From Bacillus subtilis subsp. subtilis str. 168 (GTDB lineage: Bacteria; Bacillota; Bacilli; Bacillales; Bacillaceae): 32,000 bases of DNA. Shown piece after piece: positions 1 through 9,136 of this stretch (position 1 is its first letter; every line of letters starts with the position of its first letter). A program made the position numbers and the translations under genes. The stretch is from positions 1,470,001 to 1,502,000 of the forward strand of contig NC_000964.3 of the NCBI RefSeq assembly GCF_000009045.1, in the 5' to 3' direction. A model generated the notes under the pieces. The model was given only the letters and a program-made list of their open reading frames with translations, was not told the origin of the DNA and ran no database searches.

Positions 1-25
1 GATGATCATGCAAAGGAGGGATTCT

Positions 26-1846
26 GTGGAACAGGATACGCAGCATGTTAAACCACTTCAAACAAAAACCGATATTCATGCAGTCTTGGCCTCTAATGGA
101 CGCATCATTTATATATCTGCCAACTCCAAACTGCATTTGGGCTATCTCCAAGGAGAGATGATCGGATCATTCCTCAAAACGTTTCTGCATGAGGAAGACC
201 AATTTTTGGTTGAAAGCTATTTTTATAATGAACATCATCTGATGCCGTGCACCTTTCGTTTTATTAAAAAAGATCATACGATTGTGTGGGTGGAGGCTGC
301 GGTAGAAATTGTTACGACAAGAGCTGAGCGGACAGAACGGGAAATCATTTTGAAAATGAAGGTTCTTGAAGAAGAAACAGGCCATCAATCCCTAAACTGC
401 GAAAAACATGAAATCGAACCTGCAAGCCCGGAATCGACTACATATATAACGGATGATTATGAACGGTTGGTTGAAAATCTCCCGAGTCCGCTATGCATCA
501 GTGTCAAAGGCAAGATCGTCTATGTAAACAGCGCGATGCTTTCAATGCTGGGAGCCAAAAGCAAGGATGCTATTATTGGTAAATCGTCCTATGAATTTAT
601 TGAAGAAGAATATCATGATATCGTGAAAAACAGGATTATACGAATGCAAAAAGGAATGGAAGTCGGAATGATTGAACAGACGTGGAAAAGGCTTGATGGC
701 ACACCTGTTCATTTAGAAGTGAAAGCATCCCCGACCGTCTACAAAAACCAGCAGGCTGAGCTGCTGCTGCTGATCGATATCTCTTCAAGGAAAAAATTCC
801 AAACCATCCTGCAAAAAAGCCGTGAACGATATCAGCTGCTGATTCAAAATTCCATTGATACCATTGCGGTGATTCACAATGGAAAATGGGTATTTATGAA
901 TGAATCGGGAATTTCCCTGTTTGAAGCGGCTACATATGAGGATTTAATTGGCAAAAACATATACGATCAGCTGCATCCTTGCGATCACGAGGATGTAAAA
1001 GAGAGAATCCAAAACATTGCCGAGCAAAAAACAGAATCTGAAATTGTCAAGCAATCCTGGTTCACCTTTCAGAACAGGGTCATCTATACGGAGATGGTCT
1101 GCATTCCGACGACCTTTTTTGGTGAAGCGGCCGTCCAGGTCATTCTTCGGGACATCTCAGAGAGAAAACAAACAGAAGAATTGATGCTGAAATCGGAAAA
1201 ATTATCAATCGCAGGGCAGCTCGCGGCGGGAATCGCCCATGAGATCCGCAACCCTCTTACAGCGATCAAAGGATTTTTACAGCTGATGAAACCGACAATG
1301 GAAGGCAACGAACATTACTTTGATATTGTGTTTTCTGAACTCAGCCGTATCGAATTAATACTCAGTGAACTGCTCATGCTGGCGAAACCTCAGCAAAATG
1401 CTGTCAAAGAATATTTGAACTTGAAAAAATTAATTGGTGAGGTTTCAGCCCTGTTAGAAACGCAGGCGAATTTAAATGGCATTTTTATCAGAACAAGTTA
1501 TGAAAAAGACAGCATTTATATAAACGGGGATCAAAACCAATTAAAGCAGGTATTCATTAATTTAATCAAAAATGCAGTTGAATCAATGCCTGATGGGGGA
1601 ACAGTAGACATTATCATAACCGAAGATGAGCATTCTGTTCATGTTACTGTCAAAGACGAAGGGGAAGGTATACCTGAAAAGGTACTAAACCGGATTGGAG
1701 AGCCATTTTTAACAACAAAAGAAAAAGGTACGGGGCTTGGATTAATGGTGACATTTAATATCATTGAAAACCATCAGGGAGTTATACATGTGGACAGCCA
1801 TCCTGAAAAAGGCACAGCGTTTAAAATTTCATTTCCAAAAAAATAA
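26..1846 (+). CDS. kinA: Sporulation sensor histidine kinase KinA (PAS domains plus HisKA/HATPase)
   Basis: ORF 2..1846. GTG at 26 lies 6 nt after the RBS AAAGGAGGG (12-20) and gives 606 aa. The H-box AHEIRNPLT and the N/G boxes (NLIKNA, DEGEGI, GTGLGL) are visible. The sequence is recognised as B. subtilis KinA. Confidence 0.95.
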   Translation: MEQDTQHVKPLQTKTDIHAVLASNGRIIYISANSKLHLGYLQGEMIGSFLKTFLHEEDQFLVESYFYNEHHLMPCTFRFIKKDHTIVWVEAAVEIVTTRAERTEREIILKMKVLEEETGHQSLNCEKHEIEPASPESTTYITDDYERLVENLPSPLCISVKGKIVYVNSAMLSMLGAKSKDAIIGKSSYEFIEEEYHDIVKNRIIRMQKGMEVGMIEQTWKRLDGTPVHLEVKASPTVYKNQQAELLLLIDISSRKKFQTILQKSRERYQLLIQNSIDTIAVIHNGKWVFMNESGISLFEAATYEDLIGKNIYDQLHPCDHEDVKERIQNIAEQKTESEIVKQSWFTFQNRVIYTEMVCIPTTFFGEAAVQVILRDISERKQTEELMLKSEKLSIAGQLAAGIAHEIRNPLTAIKGFLQLMKPTMEGNEHYFDIVFSELSRIELILSELLMLAKPQQNAVKEYLNLKKLIGEVSALLETQANLNGIFIRTSYEKDSIYINGDQNQLKQVFINLIKNAVESMPDGGTVDIIITEDEHSVHVTVKDEGEGIPEKVLNRIGEPFLTTKEKGTGLGLMVTFNIIENHQGVIHVDSHPEKGTAFKISFPKK

Positions 1847-1847
1847 A

Positions 1848-1871
1848 AACAACGGCTTAAACGCCGTTGTT
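1848..1871. terminator. Hairpin shared by convergent kinA and patA
   Basis: AACAACGGC-ttaaac-GCCGTTGTT, a 9-bp stem. The T-run is stronger on the minus strand. The hairpin overlaps the patA stop codon. Confidence 0.55.
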
Positions 1872-3038
1872 TATCGTCTGCATTGCTTCACGTTTTTTTA
1901 ATACAAATAATTCTAAACGGTCTAGGCCTTCTCTCAGCGTGTCCATTGAGCATGCAAAAGACAGCCTTACATATCCTTCACCATATGTTGAGAACGAGCT
2001 GCCCGGCACGAGTGCCACGCCAGCGTCTTCCAAAAGAGCCATACTAAAATCAAATGAAGTCATTCCAAATGATTTAATAGAAGGGAAGATATAAAACGCA
2101 CCGGACGGTTTAACTACGTCAAGTCCCATGGAAACAAGACGGTCATAAACATAGTCCAGACGTTTTTTGTATTGTTCTCTCATAATCAATGCATCGTCAA
2201 AGCCGTTTGTGACAGCTTCAAGCGCGGCTTTTTGAGAAATGGATGAGGCGCACGACACATTGTATTGATGAACCTTTAAAATGTGCTTTGCAATGTCTTT
2301 CGGTGCAAATAAAAATCCAATTCTCCAACCGGTCATGCTGTGTGATTTTGACAACCCGTTAATGACAATCGTTTGATCCCGCAAATAGGTTGCGATGGAG
2401 TAATGCGGTCTGTCATATGTTAATTCACTGTATATTTCATCAGACAATACGAAGACATTTCTGCCTTTTAAGAGAGCTGCGATGCTTTTCAGTTCTTCTT
2501 CAGATAAAGTCACGCCGGTAGGGTTTGACGGATAAGGAAGCACGACACACTTGGTGTTGGGTGTCAGAGCATCTTCAATCAGCCGGGCGGTAAGCTTAAA
2601 GCCGTGTGACGTAGTATCAACAATGACAGGCTTGGCCCCGCACAAATTGATAATAGGTTCATAGCCCGGATAAATAGGCCCTGGCATAATGACTTCATCA
2701 CCGGGAGATAAAATCGTCCGGAATGCAGCATCAATGGCTTGGCTTGCGCCTGTTGTGATGATAATTTCAGATTCAGCATCATAGTTGAAATCCGCTTTTT
2801 TCTTCATATAAAGCTGCACAGCTTGTCTCAGCTCCAGGTAGCCGGCATTCGGAGTATATGACGTCACGTTTTCATCAATGGCTTTTTTTGCGGCAGCTTT
2901 CACATGATGCGGTGTGAAAAAATCAGGCTGGCCGATTGTAAGTGAAATGACGTCTTCGTGTTGGGCTACAAGATTCGAGAATTTGCGTATTCCTGAAATT
3001 TCGATCTCTCTTGCTTTCGGATTCAGCAAATGTTCCAT
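1857..3038 (-). CDS. patA: PLP-dependent aminotransferase (N-acetyl-LL-diaminopimelate aminotransferase)
   Basis: 393-aa ORF with RBS AAGGTGATG upstream. Class I aminotransferase motifs are present, including the PLP-lysine context SKSHSMTGWR. Recognised as B. subtilis PatA. Confidence 0.95.
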   Translation of the reverse strand: MEHLLNPKAREIEISGIRKFSNLVAQHEDVISLTIGQPDFFTPHHVKAAAKKAIDENVTSYTPNAGYLELRQAVQLYMKKKADFNYDAESEIIITTGASQAIDAAFRTILSPGDEVIMPGPIYPGYEPIINLCGAKPVIVDTTSHGFKLTARLIEDALTPNTKCVVLPYPSNPTGVTLSEEELKSIAALLKGRNVFVLSDEIYSELTYDRPHYSIATYLRDQTIVINGLSKSHSMTGWRIGFLFAPKDIAKHILKVHQYNVSCASSISQKAALEAVTNGFDDALIMREQYKKRLDYVYDRLVSMGLDVVKPSGAFYIFPSIKSFGMTSFDFSMALLEDAGVALVPGSSFSTYGEGYVRLSFACSMDTLREGLDRLELFVLKKREAMQTINNGV

Positions 3039-3161
3039 AATTCATCACCTTAACAAATATAATGAGTTTATCCTATTTTACCACTAGCTGATCATTTGTC
3101 ACCTTTTTAACTGATATATTTCGATTGTATGCGCCTTTTTTCTAAACATACCTTTCTTTTC

Positions 3162-3198
3162 AGAAAAAAAGAAGACAACCAGCGATTTGATTGTCTTT
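3162..3198 (-). terminator. Rho-independent terminator downstream of the 53-codon ORF
   Basis: On the minus strand: AAGACAA-loop-TTGTCTT followed by CTTTTTTTC. On the plus strand this is AAGACAA 3172-3178, TTGTCTT 3191-3197 and the A-run 3163-3170. Confidence 0.55.
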
Positions 3199-3239
3199 AT
3201 TGTATCATGTTCTATTATTGTTTATATGTGCCAATTTCA

Positions 3240-3401
3240 TTAATAGCCATAATCAAAATGAAGGTCTTCGTGCCAAATCAGATACGGAGGATGCTCTTCT
3301 TGAAGGTCAGCTGATTCTTTCTTCATATTCAGGTAAGTTTCTTCACTGATATCCTCTAAAACAGTCATTTCGTTTTCTTTAAATATTACTAAGGTACCCA
3401 T
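3240..3401 (-). CDS. Small acidic hypothetical protein, 53 aa ([53 protein letters not shown])
   Basis: Hand-translated; it falls below the size cutoff of the ORF track. ATG at 3401-3399 is preceded by AAGAAGGGTG with about 7 nt spacing. Stop TAA at 3242-3240. Its own terminator lies about 40 nt downstream. Confidence 0.5.
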
Positions 3402-3557
3402 TATTTACACCCTTCTTTGGAAAAATCCTTGACTATTTTATCACTGTTAGTTGGAAAGTCAATGGTTATTAGGAAAAAAGTTTCTTTTTTGAGGAACGCG
3501 GCTTGTTGCCTTCGGAATTCGATTTTGAAGAGCTGCCATTCACTTTTTACAAATTAC

Positions 3558-3565
3558 GCCGATAT
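3558..3565 (+). promoter_or_regulatory. SigD-type -10 element upstream of cheV
   Basis: Exact GCCGATAT match 40 nt upstream of the cheV start. The -35 TAAA element is not convincing at canonical spacing. Confidence 0.45.
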
Positions 3566-3604
3566 ATACAGTACAATACTGAATGCGAATAGCGAGGGAT
3601 TGAA

Positions 3605-4516
3605 TTGTCGTTACAACAATACGAAATTTTATTGGATTCTGGTACAAATGAATTAGAAATTGTGAAGTTTGGCGTGGGTGAAAATGCTTTCGGAATTAAC
3701 GTCATGAAGGTAAGAGAAATTATTCAGCCTGTCGAGGTGACATCAGTGCCTCACTCCCATCAGCATGTAGAAGGAATGATTAAACTCAGAGGAGAAATCC
3801 TCCCTGTGATCAGTCTCTTCTCATTTTTTGGAGTAGAGCCTGAAGGATCAAAAGATGAGAAATATATCGTGACTGAATTTAATAAACGGAAAATTGTTTT
3901 TCATGTCGGCTCTGTTTCTCAAATTCACAGAGTATCCTGGGAAGCGATTGAAAAGCCGACATCGTTAAATCAAGGAATGGAGCGGCACCTTACCGGTATT
4001 ATTAAGCTCGAAGACCTGATGATCTTTTTGCCTGACTATGAAAAAATTATTTATGACATTGAATCAGATTCAGGTGTTGACACGTATAATATGCATACCG
4101 AGGGCTTCGATGAAAGAAGAACTGATAAAAAGCTTATCATTGTAGAGGACTCACCGCTTTTGATGCGCCTCTTGCAGGATGAATTAAAAGAAGCAGGGTA
4201 CAACAATATCGCTTCGTTTGAAAATGGAAAAGAGGCATATGAATACATTATGAACCTTGCTGAAAACGAAACTGATTTATCAAAACAGATTGATATGATC
4301 ATCACTGATATTGAAATGCCAAAAATGGACGGACACAGGCTCACAAAGCTGCTGAAGGAAAATCCGAAAAGCTCAGATGTGCCGGTTATGATTTTCTCAT
4401 CGTTAATTACGGATGATCTGCGTCACCGCGGCGAAGTTGTAGGCGCAGATGAGCAAATCAGCAAGCCTGAGATCAGTGATTTGATTAAAAAAGTGGATAC
4501 GTATGTTATTGAATAA
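3605..4516 (+). CDS. cheV: Chemotaxis coupling protein CheV (CheW-like domain plus receiver domain)
   Basis: 303-aa ORF with a TTG start at 3605 after GAGGGA. N-terminal CheW-like region, C-terminal response-regulator domain ([22 protein letters not shown]). Recognised as B. subtilis CheV. Confidence 0.95.
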
Positions 4517-4518
4517 AT

Positions 4519-4560
4519 AAAAACAGCCGTTGCCAGAAAGAGGCACGGCTGTTTTTATTT
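4519..4560. terminator. Bidirectional terminator between cheV and ykyB
   Basis: AAAAACAGCCGTTGCC-agaaaga-GGCACGGCTGTTTTT, flanked by an A-run and a T-run. Confidence 0.85.
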
Positions 4561-5024
4561 TAAAAGTAACTCTCGCCAAGTTTTTTAAAGACCGGTTTAT
4601 GGTAAGCTGGCTGCTGGCGATTTGGCACTAGCGGCTTTTCTTTCATGCCGACATATTCTTGCAATAGGTGTTTCGCTTTTGTTAAAGACATTTGAGCTTT
4701 AGGATTTCGATACGATTGATTAAGTGTACCTAAATGCGGAAGATGTTCGAAGTCTTCTTTAGTTGGAGGCATGTGAAAATAGTAGTCTCCGATTGAGATA
4801 AGCACGTCCGATTGCTGTTGGCTGAACCTTGGATTTTTTGAAAAATGAAGCCCTATTTTCTTTCCTTTACCTTCTTTGACAAGCTTTTGCAAAGCCCGTT
4901 TTTTCAGCAGATATAGGTATTTAGGGTTGGGGGCGGTTTTTGCATGGCGGTTCACAGTGTAAACTGCTTTTGAAAGATTTTCTACGGTTGGCTGCAGATC
5001 TTTCGTATATGCATGGTCGTCCAT
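4560..5024 (-). CDS. ykyB: YkyB-family protein of unknown function
   Basis: 154-aa ORF with RBS AAAGGAGAG 6 nt upstream of the ATG. Recognised as B. subtilis YkyB. Confidence 0.88.
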   Translation of the reverse strand: MDDHAYTKDLQPTVENLSKAVYTVNRHAKTAPNPKYLYLLKKRALQKLVKEGKGKKIGLHFSKNPRFSQQQSDVLISIGDYYFHMPPTKEDFEHLPHLGTLNQSYRNPKAQMSLTKAKHLLQEYVGMKEKPLVPNRQQPAYHKPVFKKLGESYF

Positions 5025-5103
5025 TATTTCTCTCCTTTGCTCTTATCAATTTCTATATGTTTAGATTATACTTTTTTAAAGTTGAAATGCAAATATTGAA
5101 TGT

Positions 5104-5141
5104 AAAAATGCGCTTTTTTCTAAGAAAAAAAGCGCATTTTT
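5104..5141 (-). terminator. Terminator after ykuC
   Basis: AAAAATGCGCTTTTTT-ctaag-AAAAAAGCGCATTTTT, an A/T-flanked GC core stem immediately downstream of the ykuC stop (5150). Confidence 0.75.
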
Positions 5142-5149
5142 AACCTGCA

Positions 5150-6442
5150 TTATACAGATCTTGCCTTCTTTTTCGGCTGTTCTTGAAATGCTTCCTGAAC
5201 ATTCACTTCCACAGCCTGAGCACTGTATTTTGGCAGTGCAATAAAATAAAAAATAAAAACGAGCAGGATAATAACACCCATGCCGTAATAAAGATAATCA
5301 ATGTTTGAAACAAACTTAGGGAATAACAGCGCGACTAAGCCGAGTGTCAAAGATTGTGCAAACATCATAAAAGGGTCCTGCATGCCGCTTACACGTCCCA
5401 TCAGTTTTGGATGAACAATTTTTGGCATCCACCCTCCGATTGCAATGTTGATCGGTCCGATACACATTCCCAGTGCAAAAGCTGCCGCGTAATACACCCA
5501 TAAAATATTGGTGTAGCCGAGGACGAAGATCAGCAAACCTGCAATGAAAATCGGTATCGACATTAAAAAGTGCGGCTTCACTTTTTTAGAGATGAGCGTG
5601 CCGATTACGCTTCCTGCCAGAAGCCCAAACCCGAGTGCGATCGTAAATACAGACGTATGCCACTCATAACGGTCAGGCGCCAATCCATATTTCATTGTAA
5701 ACATCGGCAATACGGCGAATCCTCCATTGACAAATCCAAAAATGAAGAAGCCAAAAATAAGAGATGCCAGCAATTTGTTTTTTAAAATATAGAGGATGCC
5801 TTCTCTAAAGTCATTTATTGAATCCTTAACAGAAGTCTTTCTCCAGCTGAATGCACCGTTTGGCTGTCGGGCTTCTTTTGGAATCCGGCAGCTGCGGATC
5901 AGCAGCCCGGAAATGATAAAGCTGACAAAATCAAGAATAATGGCGCCTTCAATACCGATTGTGTTGTACATAAACGCGCCTATGCCGACTCCAAACACCA
6001 TAAAAATGCTAAAAAGCATCTGATTAAGCCCTGCCGCTTTCGCATAATGCTCCTTCGGCAGAATGGCTTGTACCAAACTGTTTTCTGCCGGAAAGAAAAA
6101 CTTTGTTACAGCGCTTCTGATAAATAAGATACAAAAAACAAGAGGAATATTGCCGGTAAATAAAGTGAAAAAAAGCACGACAGTCAGGCCTGCTCTGATC
6201 CAATCACAATTTTCTGCCACCTTTTTTCTATCAAACCGGTCCGCGACGACTCCCACGATCAGAAATACAAATATGGTCGGAAGAGAATACATCAGCTCCG
6301 CCAAGGTCGTATATGAAGGCTGGCTGCTGAATCGGTCCAGCAAAAAAAAAGCAAAGGCCATGTTGCCTACTGTCGTGCCCATTTGAGAAGCGAGTGCTGC
6401 GAAAAATAGACGAACAAAATTACGATTTTTAAATATATCCAT
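5150..6442 (-). CDS. ykuC: Major facilitator superfamily transporter (macrolide-efflux-like)
   Basis: 430-aa ORF with RBS AAGGAG 7 nt upstream. About 12 hydrophobic segments and an MFS-like DRFDRKK loop after TM2. Confidence 0.9.
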   Translation of the reverse strand: MDIFKNRNFVRLFFAALASQMGTTVGNMAFAFFLLDRFSSQPSYTTLAELMYSLPTIFVFLIVGVVADRFDRKKVAENCDWIRAGLTVVLFFTLFTGNIPLVFCILFIRSAVTKFFFPAENSLVQAILPKEHYAKAAGLNQMLFSIFMVFGVGIGAFMYNTIGIEGAIILDFVSFIISGLLIRSCRIPKEARQPNGAFSWRKTSVKDSINDFREGILYILKNKLLASLIFGFFIFGFVNGGFAVLPMFTMKYGLAPDRYEWHTSVFTIALGFGLLAGSVIGTLISKKVKPHFLMSIPIFIAGLLIFVLGYTNILWVYYAAAFALGMCIGPINIAIGGWMPKIVHPKLMGRVSGMQDPFMMFAQSLTLGLVALLFPKFVSNIDYLYYGMGVIILLVFIFYFIALPKYSAQAVEVNVQEAFQEQPKKKARSV

Positions 6443-6517
6443 AAAAACGCTCCTTACCCTAAAGGTCCCACTTTATCATATTATAAACCGCCTGTTTTTG
6501 AAACAAATAAGAAAACA

Positions 6518-7021
6518 TTACCGGTTAATCGTGACTCTCGTTCCGTTTGGCACAATTGAAGCAAGTTCGATCACGTCTTTGTTATGCATGCGAATGCAGC
6601 CTTTAGAAACAGCCTTACCAATCGAAGCGGGATTATTCGTCCCATGTATTCCGTAGTGCTGCTTTGAAAGGCTCAGCCAATAAGCGCCAAATGGGCCGCC
6701 GGGATTGCGCTGGCGGTTAATAATGTAAAACTCGCCAGTAGGCGTTTGCGTTAGTATTTTACCAACGGCGATGGGATAGGTTTTCATTACCCGATTATTT
6801 AGGGACAGCGTAAGGGTCTTCGCTCCGATTGAGACTGCGATATGATACGGAATTGTATAAGGGTCCGGCAGTCCGGGGATGACTATGGACTGTCCCGCGG
6901 TGAGCCCTGCCTGCAGTGACGGATTAGCCTGGAGTAATGCAGCCGTGCTGATTCTGAAATCAGCCGCGATGCTGTTCAGTGTATCACCTTGCTTCACCTG
7001 GTACGTAAGCAGTTTCCTCAT
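6518..7021 (-). CDS. ykuD: L,D-transpeptidase with an N-terminal LysM domain
   Basis: LysM ([28 protein letters not shown]) plus a YkuD catalytic domain (HGT...SKGCIRM). The ATG at 7021 directly abuts the RBS AAAGGAGG, so the true start is probably a few codons downstream (around 7012). Confidence 0.9.
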   Translation of the reverse strand: MRKLLTYQVKQGDTLNSIAADFRISTAALLQANPSLQAGLTAGQSIVIPGLPDPYTIPYHIAVSIGAKTLTLSLNNRVMKTYPIAVGKILTQTPTGEFYIINRQRNPGGPFGAYWLSLSKQHYGIHGTNNPASIGKAVSKGCIRMHNKDVIELASIVPNGTRVTINR

Positions 7022-7068
7022 CCTCCTTTTTTACTTATAAGTATTGATGAGGAGCCCATCCTGCTACA

Positions 7069-7929
7069 TTAATTTGTGCTTTTTAAGGTGAAGACAGTGA
7101 TTTCAGGCTTGGCAAGAAACCGCAAAGGCAGCCTGGTCATCCCGAGGCCTCGGTTTACGTAAATATGAGTGCTGCCCGTTTGATACATTCCCTCTGTGTA
7201 GACTTTTCCATATGGAGGCGTAATAATCGGTCCGTAAAAAGGCAGCTGAATCTGGCCGCCGTGTGTATGGCCGGAAAGCTGAAGGTTCACGGGATAATCT
7301 GTTGTTTTCAAGGCTGCATCAGGTTCATGGACGAGAAGAATGGAAAAAAGTCTGTCGCTCAGCCTTGAAAGGGTGCCTTCATAATCTGGGTTTCCCAGCA
7401 TTAAGTCATCAAGCGAAGCAATCTCGATTTTGCTGCCATCTGCGAGTGACAATGTTTGATAGCCATTGCGATATACCGTGAAACCTCCGGCCGTCATCAG
7501 GCTTTTGTAAACGGCAGTTCCATAGCCTCCGTGATCATGATTGCCGTAAATACAAAGCTTGCCGAAGGGAGCATTAAGCTTTCTCAATAATGGAATGACT
7601 GCCTGGTGGTGCTGGTACGTATCAGGATTATCAATAATATCACCTGTAAAAACAATGAGATCAGGTTTAGATTCATTAATTGTAAGAATGACAGTTTTTA
7701 AATCTTCGAGAGTAAAGTAATCACTCAAGTGTGCATCGCTGAACTGCACGATTTTAAAACCGTCAAATCCGTGCGGGATGAGAGAGCTTTTTATTGTGTG
7801 TTCGGTTGTCTCGATCATATGCGGCTCGAGATACCTGGCATAGCCATATCCCCCGCCGGCCGTTAAAGCCCCGGCAGCAAGAGCGCCGAACATTCCTTTT
7901 AGAAATTGTCTTCTGGACATCTTTTTCAT
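7069..7929 (-). CDS. ykuE: Tat-exported metallophosphoesterase
   Basis: 286-aa ORF. Twin-arginine signal SRRQFLKG followed by an A/G-rich h-region. Calcineurin-like motifs DAH, GDIID, GNHD, GHTH. Confidence 0.9.
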   Translation of the reverse strand: MKKMSRRQFLKGMFGALAAGALTAGGGYGYARYLEPHMIETTEHTIKSSLIPHGFDGFKIVQFSDAHLSDYFTLEDLKTVILTINESKPDLIVFTGDIIDNPDTYQHHQAVIPLLRKLNAPFGKLCIYGNHDHGGYGTAVYKSLMTAGGFTVYRNGYQTLSLADGSKIEIASLDDLMLGNPDYEGTLSRLSDRLFSILLVHEPDAALKTTDYPVNLQLSGHTHGGQIQLPFYGPIITPPYGKVYTEGMYQTGSTHIYVNRGLGMTRLPLRFLAKPEITVFTLKSTN

Positions 7930-8036
7930 TTCAAACCAACCTTTAATAGAGTTTTTCTATTATATCATCTGTATCTGATAAAAATCTCATATGAGCATGT
8001 GCTGACAGAGGCAGGGATATAATGATAGAATATTAT

Positions 8037-8054
8037 TGAATGAATAATCATTCA
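8037..8054 (+). promoter_or_regulatory. FadR (YsiA)-type operator in the fadH promoter
   Basis: Perfect palindrome TGAATGA-ATAA-TCATTCA just downstream of the candidate -10 elements TATAAT (8018-8023) and TAGAAT (8026-8031) and 17 nt before the fadH ATG. Confidence 0.65.
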
Positions 8055-8071
8055 CAATTGGAGGGATAAAC

Positions 8072-8836
8072 ATGGAAAAAAAGGCGGTAATTATTACCGG
8101 CGGGTCAAGCGGCATGGGAAAAGCGATGGCAAAAAAACAGGCTGAATTAGGGTGGCACGTTATGGTGACAGGGAGGAACCATGAGGCACTTGAGGAAACA
8201 AAAAAAGAAATTCAGACCTTTGAGGGACAGGTCGCTTGTTTTCAAATGGATGTCCGTTCCGATTCCGCCGCTTCAGACATGATTAAAGAAGCGGTAAAAG
8301 CCTTTGGCCGGCTTGACGCGCTGATTAACAACGCGGCCGGAAACTTTATTTGTCCGGCAGAAAAGCTGACGCCCAATGGATGGAAAGCCGTTATTGAGAT
8401 TGTTTTAAACGGCACATTTTTTTGCAGCCAAGCAGCGGCAAGGCATTGGATTGACCAGAAGCAGCAGGGTGTCATTTTAAATATGGCAGCCACGTACGCT
8501 TGGGGAGCGGGAGCGGGGGTCGTTCATTCCGCTGCAGCCAAAGCGGGGGTATTGTCATTGACAAGAACGCTGGCCGTTGAATGGGGGAGCAAATACGGCA
8601 TTCGTACAAACGCGATAGCCCCCGGACCGATTGAACGAACAGGCGGTGCGGAGAAGCTATTTGAATCGGAAAAAGCGATGGCCCGCACGATGAACAGTGT
8701 GCCGCTCGGCCGATTGGGCACACCGGAGGAAATCGCCGCTTTGGCAGCGTTTTTGCTTTCTGATGAAGCATCCTATATAAACGGGGATTGTATCACAATG
8801 GACGGGGGGCAATGGCTGAATCCTTATCCGTTTTAA
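8072..8836 (+). CDS. fadH: Short-chain dehydrogenase/reductase, probable 2,4-dienoyl-CoA reductase
   Basis: 254-aa ORF with RBS GGAGGG. Rossmann motif TGGSSGMG, NNAAG, and a catalytic region S...AAKAG. Confidence 0.92.
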   Translation: MEKKAVIITGGSSGMGKAMAKKQAELGWHVMVTGRNHEALEETKKEIQTFEGQVACFQMDVRSDSAASDMIKEAVKAFGRLDALINNAAGNFICPAEKLTPNGWKAVIEIVLNGTFFCSQAAARHWIDQKQQGVILNMAATYAWGAGAGVVHSAAAKAGVLSLTRTLAVEWGSKYGIRTNAIAPGPIERTGGAEKLFESEKAMARTMNSVPLGRLGTPEEIAALAAFLLSDEASYINGDCITMDGGQWLNPYPF

Positions 8837-9136
8837 TCTGAATATTTATAAGTGAATATTTAAGTTATTAAGAACTTTTATGTTCGAATGTAATACCTCC
8901 ACAATTAACCTTCTTCCTATCCAATTTGATAACACATAGAGCTTTATTTGTTTATGAGGTGTTGTGTCATACGTAAGCCACCTAATATATGAAAGGTATA
9001 TTTTAAAAGGGGAGACGAAATATGAAGAACTTAGATTTCAAATAAAACATTCATATAATTACTTCGTTAACTAAAAAGAGAAATTATAAGAATGAAAGGT
9101 TTCAAGGTTACATCAGATTGGGAGGAAGGTAATATA

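Noticed and set aside
2-25. N-terminal extension of kinA (MIMQRRDS...)
   Set aside because: This stretch contains the RBS AAAGGAGGG itself. The GTG at 26 is correctly spaced and gives the expected 606-aa protein.
3129-3656. Plus-strand ORFs 3129-3314 (61 aa) and 3417-3656 (79 aa) between patA and cheV
   Set aside because: Neither has an RBS. The first overlaps the better-supported minus-strand 53-codon ORF and its terminator. The second spans the cheV promoter and start region.
8242-8771. Three minus-strand ORFs inside fadH, and similar antisense ORFs inside kinA, cheV, ykuI, ykuP, moeB and moeA
   Set aside because: These are shadow ORFs within confidently assigned genes. They have no RBS and atypical amino-acid composition.
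9092-9136. Upstream ATG (9092) as the ykuG start
   Set aside because: It has no RBS, whereas ATG 9137 is preceded by GGGAGGAAGG at ideal spacing.
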